From a virus: 64,000 nucleotides of DNA. A program made the position numbers and the translations under genes. The notes below the pieces were generated by a model. The model saw only the letters and a list, made by a program, of their open reading frames with translations, did not search any database and had not been told where the DNA came from. Of the stretch, positions 38,920 through 48,105 are shown one piece after another. The first letter of the stretch is position 1. Each line of letters starts with the position of its first letter. The DNA is taken from the IMG/VR virus record IMGVR_UViG_3300025636_000001, positions 32,001-96,000 of that record, one strand, 5' to 3'.

Positions 38920-41900
38920 TACCTAAAAGATAAATTTAATTTAGTATTAGCTAGTTTAAAAAGCATTTTTCTATTTTTAGATTTTTTTCTTCTAAAAAGT
39001 ATTTTATTATAATAATGTCTAAATTTTTTATGTTGAATTTCTTCTTTATTATAATTAAGATTTACATTATTTAAGTCTTTAATATAACCATTTACTTGGG
39101 TAATAAACTGATTATTTTGAACACCAGTAAATTCACCTCTATCGTTAGTAATGTCATAGAACTGATTAAATCTAAATTTTTGTTCTTCTTTAGAATATAG
39201 AATTTTAATATCATTAAATCCTACTAAAGGATATTGAATCATTGCATATGGATCTTCTTTAGGATGCATCTCTAATTTTAATAATCCTGATATTTGTTCT
39301 GAATTATATATAATAGATTCATCAAAATTGTAATCTAAATCATGCCATCTATCATCACCACAACCATTTATAAGATCACCATCATACACATAAGATTCTA
39401 ATTGATATTCAACACTTTTTAATGTCATAACATTTTGACCTGTGTTTTCTATTATTTCTACTTCCCATGGGTATTCTTCATCATAATATTTAGCATAGCT
39501 TTGACAAGTTGCATTATGTCTCCATATACCTCCTTTATCTGTAACTGCTGCGCTGTTATTTGTTTTAGTAGTAAAGAAATGATTAATACTTGGTAGCACA
39601 AGTTCAGGATGCCAATCATGAAATGAAATCCAAGTTCTTGATTTAGGATCATATGATACAGTCCATGATGCATCTTCAAAAAATATAGGGTTTCCTATTT
39701 CCAATTTAATTTTAGAAGCACCTACACCCATATAATAAAATGTATTATCAATAAGTAAAACTTTACCTGTTTGATCTGCTTCTTCATTATTTAAATCAGG
39801 TACATATTTTTCCTTTAATTTATAATCTTTTTTAGTAAAATAAACTATATCATAATTAGGATCATAAATTGCTTGACAACCAACTCCAACAACAGGGTTA
39901 TCTGATAATGGGCTTTGTTCTAAATCAGGAAATTGTCTAACTAATATTGATGGTAAATATTTATTAAACCATTGTTTCATTCCTGCATTAGCAATGTTAT
40001 CAAGTTTTCCGGTATAATGAAATATCTTACCTTGTGCTTGAGAGATAAAAAATAAACCAAAAGGTGTATTAATAACACCTCTCATACTTTCAGATGAACC
40101 ATATTCATTTGATAAATCTGAATTTACAATATTTTGAAGTGGTTGGTTAAATAGACCACCATCACCTATTGTAACTTTAGTACCTAGATCTGTTTGTAAA
40201 GTATCAACACCTTGAAACATTACAGGAGACTGATATGGAAATAATATCACAGCTCCACTCTTACTAATAGGTTTTATAGTATTAACCTTTGTTTTAAAAT
40301 CTTTATAATTATTTGGTAAGAACACCCTCCAAAAATCTTTTTTAGATTCTTGTTGAGATCTTAAAGAATATAATAATCTTTTTGGGTAATATTGATAACA
40401 ACTTTCGGCAACACTAGGGTCATAATCCCTTGGTTGAACATTACCAAAAGATGTTACTTGTGTAACAAATTTAGAAATGCTTAATGATAAATCATATTTA
40501 TAAAAATTACCTTTCTTTATTATGTCAGCATGAAACAAACCATCCGTTTCTGCATACTCTATATAATCATAATGACGTTTATCATCTGTATCATCCCAAT
40601 CTCTATGCGCTAAATTATACTCAGACTCAACAAAAAAATCTTGGATACCATTACAATGAGTATACATGTAAGCATATCTCATAGCAAAAGATGGATTAGG
40701 ATCACTACCACTACCTAATAAACTTCCAATGTTGCTATTACAAGAACTATTACCTCTATCTAAATAAAATAAATCATTTGGTAAAGGATCACTTGTTGAT
40801 GCTAAACTAAAAGTAGCTATTTCTTGACCTAATCCAGTCATATCAAATTTTCTAGTATCCATCCAAAATCTTGGATATGGTATATTTATACGTTGTAAAT
40901 AATCATAAGTATATTGATCAGGTTGTCCATTTAAAAAATCAGAAAATATAGGCATGACTGTTTTTTCTGTATACCTATTAATATATACATCTCCACTAAA
41001 TATAGGTTCACTAGTAAATTTTTGACCAGGGTTGATTGCATTAATAAATTCAATACAACCTCTCATTTGAACTTGCTTAACTCCATCAAGTTGACCATAT
41101 TGATTATCAAATTGAAATTTTAAACCTCCATATAAACAAGAAATTGTTTTTGATTGAAATTCTTCTGGTTTTTTTAAATATGAGTTTCCAAAATCAGAAT
41201 CAGCATCTCCACCTACTACATATCTAGAAATATCTTTTGTGCCAGGATCATCTAATTGATCTTCTGTTGCAATAGCAACTGTTGCAGGTCTAAATAAATT
41301 ATTAATTTTATGACCTTCAAATTCTTGAAAAGAACTTCCTAAATAATTTGAATTTAAAGTTTTAGTTCTATATTGTTGAGTCTTAGATCTTTTTGTAAAA
41401 TTACTATAGAATCCATGTGAGTTATGTTTAAAAGCAAAATCTTCTTCTTTAACAAGGTTGTATATTAAATCAATTATCTCTTGACCACCTATTGCTATAT
41501 TAGTTGCACCTATCTGAGTACCTAATACAAGTCTGACAAATCTTGGTAAATTTGAAGAAGCTGTATTAAAAGTATATGCATTGTTTGTTGTACCTCCTAA
41601 TATACCAGGAATATTTCCTAAATTTTTTGCAATACCTGCGTCAACTTGTTGGCTTACGTATGCCAATGATCCACCATCAACAATAGAAGCTAAAGAAGTT
41701 GCATCATCAATAAGAGTTGCTATTATCACATCTGCAGCTGTAGATCCAATTAAACCAGCTCCAACTGCAGCACTAATTCCAACTTGTGCTACACCTGGTC
41801 CATTACCAACACCTGCTGGACCACCAAAACTAAAGTTAGCTGAAGACATATTACCTTTAGGACCTTCGTATTCAATTTCTCTTGTCCCTTGTACTTGATT

Positions 41901-43961
41901 TATTGCATAACCTACTCCAATAATTGCAGCTATAATAGCACCACCATTTCTAATAAGTTTATTTTGTGGGTGGTTCTCTGATTTAATAAAATGACCTATT
42001 GAAGTTCCATCCAACTCTCCATATATTCTAGTTTCATAAGCGTTTAAAAAAGGTCTTCTAAACATTAAATCTGGCGAATGAAAAGTAAAATAATCTTTTT
42101 TATAACCTTGAATAGGTTTAAAATCTCTTTTGGAATTTCCAAAATTATCACAACCATCCGTTCTATGTGTATCAGGATCAGCCTTACCATCATGAAAATA
42201 AACATCAGGTCTTAAATCATTGTAAGGATAGTTAGGGTATAACCCTTTGTCATTACCAAGATTTTGACCACCTTCTGGGATGGTATATTCTCTCATGTTT
42301 CTAAATATACCTTTTGCAAGAATAGATTTATGTCCTTCTCTTGATCCTCTTAGTATTTCATAACCAACTATATTTTCTAATAAATTACCATCATTATCAA
42401 CTGGTGGGCTTATATTTTCAAATTGAACACCAAGAACTCTTATTTTTTCTTTTGAATCATTTGTTAATTCAACTTGTTGAGCCGTTTCTTCTGTTGGCAT
42501 TTTATGATGTCTAATAGGTAATCCGCAAAGATCACCCCAAATATCAGGTCTTATTGGAGAATATATTTCAGTTGATTCCCAATATGCCATATCTCCTTTT
42601 GCAATCAAAACACCACCATCGTCAAGTGGTATATTTAAATTGTTAGTAAGTGTTGCTGTATTATATACTTGCCAATTTTTTTCATCAGAACTTAAAGCAT
42701 TTACATTACTAGTAGATGCTTGTGTTGTTTCATTGATTGTTTGACCAAATTGATTAAACCCATTAACTCTAGGTTCTCTACCTGGTATATGATATGAACT
42801 TGAACGCTCTCCAGTATTATAAATCCAACGTATAAAAAAAGCATATTGTTCATCTCTTAAAAAACCTACTTTATTTCCGCCTTTATAGTAATAAGTTGAA
42901 TCATATTCTGCAACTGTCCATTTACATTTAATTTTATTTGCTAAAGGTTGATAGTTAAAATCAAATTGTTCTCTTGGGCCTTTTCTTATTAAATAATCAT
43001 TTACCACAAACATTGCATCTGATTTTTCATATGCGGGAGTTCTAAGAGGTATAAGTTCTAAAGGTATAGTAACCAAAGACTGATCAATGTAATCTACTTG
43101 TATAGCTGATGTTTCTGTACTATATAAACCTATTTTTTTTGCAACTGTTTGTTCTTGATTATTAGATAATATAACTAATTCAAAATAATCAAATTCTTTA
43201 TCTAAATTAGATACATTAATCACCAAACTTCCAGAACCACCTAAGTGATCAAACACTGATTGAATATTAGAAATACCAATATAATCAGTTACTCTTTGTT
43301 CATTAACTGTATAAGCTACATATGCTTGATATGATCCATTTCTTAATTGACCACCACTTTCTGATTTTCTTATGTCTACACAAGGTGTATCTAATAAAGG
43401 TGCTAATCTAATTTTTTCACAATCTAATTCATTTGTATCTTCATATATAACGCAAGGGTCTTTACCTGATACAATAATTTGTTTATATGGTATATTATCT
43501 ATATTAAGAGTTCTTGATGGATTTTTACCATCATCCCAATATACTTGCCAAGAACAATCAAAGTTTTCTTTACCGGCACCAACAACTAAATTTTTTCTAT
43601 TAAATTGTAAACATTGATCATTGACTATTGTTTTATATTCACATTTACTATCATCAAATCTACCTATTTCAGAATTAATATCATCTGTAGAATAAATAAC
43701 CCATTGATCTGCATATAAATGAATAGCACCAATAATAGTGTATGGTGCAGCTGCACAACTAATATTGGCAGGTTCATTCCCTAAAACAGCTAAATCTCCA
43801 TCTACAGAATTATTTATAGCATTACGTGCATGAGACCAAGATTCTTTTGCTTGAAAAGAAGCATTAGTATCTTTAACCATCCCCTTTAAAAAAGTTCTAC
43901 TGTCAACAGTAGATGTATTTTGCATTTTAGGTTTTGCTTTGTTTACTCTTTTCTTTGCCAT
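38919..43961 (-). CDS. Tail stabilization/muzzle protein
   Basis: 1680 aa; N-terminal KGMVKD..ARNA..GNEP; C-terminal WTVSYD..WISFHDWHP as in P22 gp10-like crAss stabilization proteins; follows the tail tubular genes. Confidence 0.75.
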   Translation of the reverse strand: MAKKRVNKAKPKMQNTSTVDSRTFLKGMVKDTNASFQAKESWSHARNAINNSVDGDLAVLGNEPANISCAAAPYTIIGAIHLYADQWVIYSTDDINSEIGRFDDSKCEYKTIVNDQCLQFNRKNLVVGAGKENFDCSWQVYWDDGKNPSRTLNIDNIPYKQIIVSGKDPCVIYEDTNELDCEKIRLAPLLDTPCVDIRKSESGGQLRNGSYQAYVAYTVNEQRVTDYIGISNIQSVFDHLGGSGSLVINVSNLDKEFDYFELVILSNNQEQTVAKKIGLYSTETSAIQVDYIDQSLVTIPLELIPLRTPAYEKSDAMFVVNDYLIRKGPREQFDFNYQPLANKIKCKWTVAEYDSTYYYKGGNKVGFLRDEQYAFFIRWIYNTGERSSSYHIPGREPRVNGFNQFGQTINETTQASTSNVNALSSDEKNWQVYNTATLTNNLNIPLDDGGVLIAKGDMAYWESTEIYSPIRPDIWGDLCGLPIRHHKMPTEETAQQVELTNDSKEKIRVLGVQFENISPPVDNDGNLLENIVGYEILRGSREGHKSILAKGIFRNMREYTIPEGGQNLGNDKGLYPNYPYNDLRPDVYFHDGKADPDTHRTDGCDNFGNSKRDFKPIQGYKKDYFTFHSPDLMFRRPFLNAYETRIYGELDGTSIGHFIKSENHPQNKLIRNGGAIIAAIIGVGYAINQVQGTREIEYEGPKGNMSSANFSFGGPAGVGNGPGVAQVGISAAVGAGLIGSTAADVIIATLIDDATSLASIVDGGSLAYVSQQVDAGIAKNLGNIPGILGGTTNNAYTFNTASSNLPRFVRLVLGTQIGATNIAIGGQEIIDLIYNLVKEEDFAFKHNSHGFYSNFTKRSKTQQYRTKTLNSNYLGSSFQEFEGHKINNLFRPATVAIATEDQLDDPGTKDISRYVVGGDADSDFGNSYLKKPEEFQSKTISCLYGGLKFQFDNQYGQLDGVKQVQMRGCIEFINAINPGQKFTSEPIFSGDVYINRYTEKTVMPIFSDFLNGQPDQYTYDYLQRINIPYPRFWMDTRKFDMTGLGQEIATFSLASTSDPLPNDLFYLDRGNSSCNSNIGSLLGSGSDPNPSFAMRYAYMYTHCNGIQDFFVESEYNLAHRDWDDTDDKRHYDYIEYAETDGLFHADIIKKGNFYKYDLSLSISKFVTQVTSFGNVQPRDYDPSVAESCYQYYPKRLLYSLRSQQESKKDFWRVFLPNNYKDFKTKVNTIKPISKSGAVILFPYQSPVMFQGVDTLQTDLGTKVTIGDGGLFNQPLQNIVNSDLSNEYGSSESMRGVINTPFGLFFISQAQGKIFHYTGKLDNIANAGMKQWFNKYLPSILVRQFPDLEQSPLSDNPVVGVGCQAIYDPNYDIVYFTKKDYKLKEKYVPDLNNEEADQTGKVLLIDNTFYYMGVGASKIKLEIGNPIFFEDASWTVSYDPKSRTWISFHDWHPELVLPSINHFFTTKTNNSAAVTDKGGIWRHNATCQSYAKYYDEEYPWEVEIIENTGQNVMTLKSVEYQLESYVYDGDLINGCGDDRWHDLDYNFDESIIYNSEQISGLLKLEMHPKEDPYAMIQYPLVGFNDIKILYSKEEQKFRFNQFYDITNDRGEFTGVQNNQFITQVNGYIKDLNNVNLNYNKEEIQHKKFRHYYNKILFRRKKSKNRKMLFKLANTKLNLSFR

Positions 43962-43965
43962 AATA

Positions 43966-44847
43966 TTATCTTAATGTAGGACTGCTTTTAAACATGTTGT
44001 AATAGTTATGGTATTGAGCTTTTCTGTTCACTAACCACATTTTCTTCAATTCAGCAAAGTCTGGAGTATTAATAAAAGACAAAGCGTTATTTCTTGCAGC
44101 TCTTAATCTTTGTTCTATTAACCCCATTTGATTACCTACAGGCTCACCTGCAAAAATCATGTTTTCAAGTATACGCTGCTTAAGTGCATACTCATAATAT
44201 TCATTACAGTAAGGATGATCTAAAACTAAAAGATTACCACTATTGTCTTCCATGGCTCCTTGATAATTTATGTAAACCTTACCACTCTTAAAATTTGTTT
44301 TTAAAAAACCATCTTTAACCTCACCTACGTTATCTGAAACAACGTTTATGTTTGGGCAATCACAAGTAGAATCATTTACAGTAGCAATGCGTAAAGGAGC
44401 AAAAGCTGTATAAGATCTATATTGACTTCCTGCTACTTTGTGAATTAATTTGTATTCTTCACCATCAGGACAATTCTTAATAACACAAACATCATTACAT
44501 TTACCGTCACTACATGAATCTGTAAATCCTGGATCAGGAACATAATCTACATGAACATCTTCAACATGTGTGCCTGAAGGCATTTGAGTCTCTATAGTGT
44601 ACTCACCACAAATAAATGCATAATTTAAATATGCAAAATCATGGGGTAATTTAGCTTTATTATGTTCTACTTCTAAAACAACTTGTTTTGTTCTATGTAT
44701 TTTTATACCTAGATCATAATTAACTCTTGTTGCTACTTTAATAAGCTGAGCAGGATCTATCATGCCATCTAAAGCATAAGTAGAAAAGTCAATGGAAACA
44801 TCTTCCATCAAACTATCAAAGGTTCTGTATTTATGTGAAATTGCCAT
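43966..44847 (-). CDS. Tail tubular/ring protein
   Basis: AKLPHDF..LKTNFKSGKVYINY..DNSGNLLV pattern; sits directly upstream of the muzzle gene. Confidence 0.7.
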   Translation of the reverse strand: MAISHKYRTFDSLMEDVSIDFSTYALDGMIDPAQLIKVATRVNYDLGIKIHRTKQVVLEVEHNKAKLPHDFAYLNYAFICGEYTIETQMPSGTHVEDVHVDYVPDPGFTDSCSDGKCNDVCVIKNCPDGEEYKLIHKVAGSQYRSYTAFAPLRIATVNDSTCDCPNINVVSDNVGEVKDGFLKTNFKSGKVYINYQGAMEDNSGNLLVLDHPYCNEYYEYALKQRILENMIFAGEPVGNQMGLIEQRLRAARNNALSFINTPDFAELKKMWLVNRKAQYHNYYNMFKSSPTLR

Positions 44848-45518
44848 TATCTATGTAAATTAATTTTGTTATCTGAATCTTCTGAAGGTATCTTAAGAGT
44901 GTTCATCATAACTCCTAATACTTGCTGTTCTATTTCAGCAAACAGTGACTCAGGAATATTAATATCCTGTTCATATCTTGGCGTGCATTGATCTTTGGTT
45001 TCACATAACCAATCAGATATATCATCATCAAAAACACCTTCTAGTTTTATTGCATCCCATTCTAAGTCTGGTAAATACAAATACCCGTTAAGGTACCAGA
45101 AGTACTTTTTGTTATTGTATCTAAATGAAGTTGTTTTTGTCAATGAAGTGTAAGTACCCGGATGAGTAGCTTGAAGCTCTTGAGAGCCGTCTATTGAACT
45201 CACAGTTCTAATTAAAGGACCCCAATATCCTTCTAACATATTAGGGAGTTTATTTTTTGTACGTTTTATTGTACAACCTGATTGTATTCCTGTGCAAGTT
45301 GCTTCTACTTTATCTACTTCAATTAATTCTATAAAAGGAAGAGTTTTCCATATAGCATTAAATTTCATAAGCTTATTTGCATTGTCTTGTCTTCTAATTA
45401 AGAGTTGTGCAAATTTTTGTATTAAGCTATATACATATCTATCAGTTACAAAAGCATCTTGCGTTTCTGCTTTTACCTGACCTCTTATTCTTGATATTAC
45501 TGATCCTATAGTTGTCAT
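44847..45518 (-). CDS. Tail ring/adaptor protein
   Basis: KRTKNKLP..WYLNGYLY..IKLEGVF pattern resembling crAss ring proteins; coupled to the next gene. Confidence 0.6.
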   Translation of the reverse strand: MTTIGSVISRIRGQVKAETQDAFVTDRYVYSLIQKFAQLLIRRQDNANKLMKFNAIWKTLPFIELIEVDKVEATCTGIQSGCTIKRTKNKLPNMLEGYWGPLIRTVSSIDGSQELQATHPGTYTSLTKTTSFRYNNKKYFWYLNGYLYLPDLEWDAIKLEGVFDDDISDWLCETKDQCTPRYEQDINIPESLFAEIEQQVLGVMMNTLKIPSEDSDNKINLHR

Positions 45519-45523
45519 GATGT

Positions 45524-46090
45524 TTATATTTCAAATTCATCATAGTCCTTTAGTGCTTTGTTAGTATTTTTTAAATTAGGATCATACAGATGTGAAACTT
45601 TCATTTTACTCTGCATCTTTATATACTTTGTCCAGTTCTTAGGATATTCTTTTGCAACTGATCTTTTAAAATCTCTACAAGCTGTGAATGACCAAAGCTC
45701 TCTATTTTTAAATCTGTATTTAGTTGACCAGTTTGTATAAAATATTTTTCCTATGTTTCCGTCTGTATCCCAATTTTTATTTCTTAACACTTTACCATAC
45801 TCATTTGATTTAGAATAATCTATATTAACAGTCTTTGCTGGAGGACATGTTCCTATAAATAAATAACCCAATGAGTCTGGTAATTCAACACCGTCTCTAT
45901 GTTTTATTACGCCTTCCCACAATGCTTTATTATATAATTTAATAATACTTTTTAACTTATTATTATCAATATGTGAATATAGTGGTCTCTTGTCTTTAAA
46001 TTCTTTTAACGTTTCTTTGTTTAGTATACCTAAAGTTTTACTTCTATATCTAGGAGCATTTAAATCAGGTTTATTAAAATTATTAATCAT
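45524..46090 (-). CDS. IHF/HU-like DNA-binding protein of the crAss type
   Basis: Basic protein; IIKLYNKALWEGVI..GVELPDSLGYLFI matches the HU/IHF helix-strand pattern; typical location before tail genes. Confidence 0.6.
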   Translation of the reverse strand: MINNFNKPDLNAPRYRSKTLGILNKETLKEFKDKRPLYSHIDNNKLKSIIKLYNKALWEGVIKHRDGVELPDSLGYLFIGTCPPAKTVNIDYSKSNEYGKVLRNKNWDTDGNIGKIFYTNWSTKYRFKNRELWSFTACRDFKRSVAKEYPKNWTKYIKMQSKMKVSHLYDPNLKNTNKALKDYDEFEI

Positions 46091-46148
46091 ACTTATATTA
46101 TTAATTTACAAAAAAAACAGCACTTATGAAAGTATAAGTTGTTGTTCT

Positions 46149-47363
46149 TTATATTGCCTGATATGTTAATTCAGTTATTGTACCTATAATTGGATCTTGA
46201 AGTTCTAATTTACCTGATCTTCTATTGCAAGTATATTTATTTGAATAATGATAGTAATCTGTTTTACCTAAACTTGGTAAACTCTTTTCAATAAAACCAG
46301 CAGTTTCATTAGAAGTCATATATTCTGTTTTTCTATCTGTATGAATGTGACCTTTAAATAATGTTCTGTTGATTGTTTTACCCCATTCAATAGGATATTC
46401 ACTAGCATAAACTAATGGTGTATTTTTAGAATGTTTATCTCCATGCTCAAATGCATTAAAATTATTATGATAAACATGTACTTTTCTTTCATCATATTTT
46501 ACATCCCATTCAATTTCATCAGATTTAATTGATTTAGAAAGGGCATGTGCTAAATGATAAGATGATAATCTGTCATGATTACCCGGGATATAGACAACTA
46601 CTAATTTTTCACAAAATGCTTTGATATAATTAATAGCCCAATGCATTGCATCAAAAGCTTGTTGATAAGCCTCTGTAGCATTCATGCAGTTATCTAAAGG
46701 TGTTCCGCTTGTGGTTGTACCAGAAAAGGTGTCCATGTTGATTAGATCACCTCCTAGTACAAAATACATTTTTTCTATGTGATGTGTAGGTACAGCTCTT
46801 TTTATTAAGTTTTTGATTGTATCCTCAAAATCTTTATCTATTGTTTCATTACCTTCTTTACCAAAATGAATATCTTGTAAAGACATTACACCACAAACTA
46901 CATCTTTATTAAGCTTGTTTAATTTTACTTTTGGTATTTTAAAAGTCTTAGGTTTCCATTTTTCTAATAAATCCTTCAATAAATCTCCAGGACCTTCTTT
47001 TACTTTACTAACCAAAGCTGATACACGCCAGTGATCAGACATTTGTTTATTCCAATATTGAGATAATTTCCACTGAGTTGTGTCAATTTTTAAAAGTTCT
47101 ATAATCTCCTCTGCTGATTTAGGTTCAGTAGTTGAGGAAATTGAAAGTGTTTTTTCACCTTTATCTAAGTCAACTGATTCTGTAAATTTACTAGTTCCAT
47201 CATTTATAATTTTAGATCTTTTTTTTGCTTTACGTCTTTCTCTAAGTATTTCTTTTTTAATTTTAATATACTCTGATTCAAGTATACCTAACCTGGCAGC
47301 ACAGTATGTTGGATTTTTTTTCCATCTAATTGTTTCTGCAACTTGTTTTTTTAATGAACTCAT
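46149..47363 (-). CDS. Calcineurin-like metallophosphoesterase with N-terminal helical extension
   Basis: Motifs DIHFG, GGDLIN, PGNHD, FEHGD, GHIH. Confidence 0.85.
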   Translation of the reverse strand: MSSLKKQVAETIRWKKNPTYCAARLGILESEYIKIKKEILRERRKAKKRSKIINDGTSKFTESVDLDKGEKTLSISSTTEPKSAEEIIELLKIDTTQWKLSQYWNKQMSDHWRVSALVSKVKEGPGDLLKDLLEKWKPKTFKIPKVKLNKLNKDVVCGVMSLQDIHFGKEGNETIDKDFEDTIKNLIKRAVPTHHIEKMYFVLGGDLINMDTFSGTTTSGTPLDNCMNATEAYQQAFDAMHWAINYIKAFCEKLVVVYIPGNHDRLSSYHLAHALSKSIKSDEIEWDVKYDERKVHVYHNNFNAFEHGDKHSKNTPLVYASEYPIEWGKTINRTLFKGHIHTDRKTEYMTSNETAGFIEKSLPSLGKTDYYHYSNKYTCNRRSGKLELQDPIIGTITELTYQAI

Positions 47364-47386
47364 ATAAAAAATATTTATAAATTAAC

Positions 47387-47394
47387 CAAATGTA
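47387..47394 (-). promoter_or_regulatory. Possible Bacteroidota sigma70 -7 element (TACATTTG)
   Basis: TAnnTTTG lying between a terminator and ATG 47363. Confidence 0.45.
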
Positions 47395-47410
47395 TGAAAA
47401 AAAATTTAAT

Positions 47411-47445
47411 AAAAAAAGAGAAGGCCCCTATAAAGGGACCTTCTC
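47411..47445 (-). terminator. Intrinsic terminator
   Basis: GAGAAGGTCCC-TTTATA-GGGGCCTTCTC followed by T7 on the - strand. Confidence 0.8.
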
Positions 47446-47484
47446 CACCGTTAGTAGTAGAAAACCAACAAACCACTACTTTTT

Positions 47485-48081
47485 TTATACTAATGTTTTA
47501 ACTAAAATTTCAACACTGTCACATAATGCACTTCCGTCAGTTGACGTAAGTTTTATTTTATATTCAGTATCTGGACTTAAAGTTGTAATATTAAAATCAT
47601 TTATTGATGATGTTAATAATACACTGTTGGCTTGAACCCATCCTGATGGACTTGTTAAAGTATCATAAAATACATTTATACCTAAACTTAAAGAGGAAGT
47701 ATTATTCCAAACTATAGATAAACTTGTGTCTGTAATATTTTCAGCGTATACATTATAAGGAGCGTGATGTACATTATTTGCTGTACATGTACCTAATCCA
47801 TTTGCAATCATTAAGGCAAACTTTTGTATTACTTGATCTAACCGTTCACCTGAATCTATTTTTAAAATACCATTGGTTGTTTCTATTTGAAAAGATGTAC
47901 CACAATAACTAACACACTCAACACATTGAACATCATCACATCTTTCATTACCAACACCACATTGAGTATAACCGCATTGTGTTTCATATGCTACATCAGA
48001 GCAACCACATGGTAATTTTGAACAAGAGCAATTTGAATTTTGACATCCATTACAATTTTCACAGTTATTATTACAAGCCAT
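47485..48081 (-). CDS. Cys-rich protein with C-terminal fibronectin type III domain
   Basis: N-terminal Cys cluster; APYNV..ITDTSLSIVW..LSPDTEYKIKL. Confidence 0.75.
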   Translation of the reverse strand: MACNNNCENCNGCQNSNCSCSKLPCGCSDVAYETQCGYTQCGVGNERCDDVQCVECVSYCGTSFQIETTNGILKIDSGERLDQVIQKFALMIANGLGTCTANNVHHAPYNVYAENITDTSLSIVWNNTSSLSLGINVFYDTLTSPSGWVQANSVLLTSSINDFNITTLSPDTEYKIKLTSTDGSALCDSVEILVKTLV

Positions 48082-48105
48082 TTTATTTAATTTTTTATAT
48101 TTTTA

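Noticed and set aside
47390-47635. 81-aa + strand ORF
   Set aside because: It runs through a terminator hairpin and antisense into the FN3 gene.
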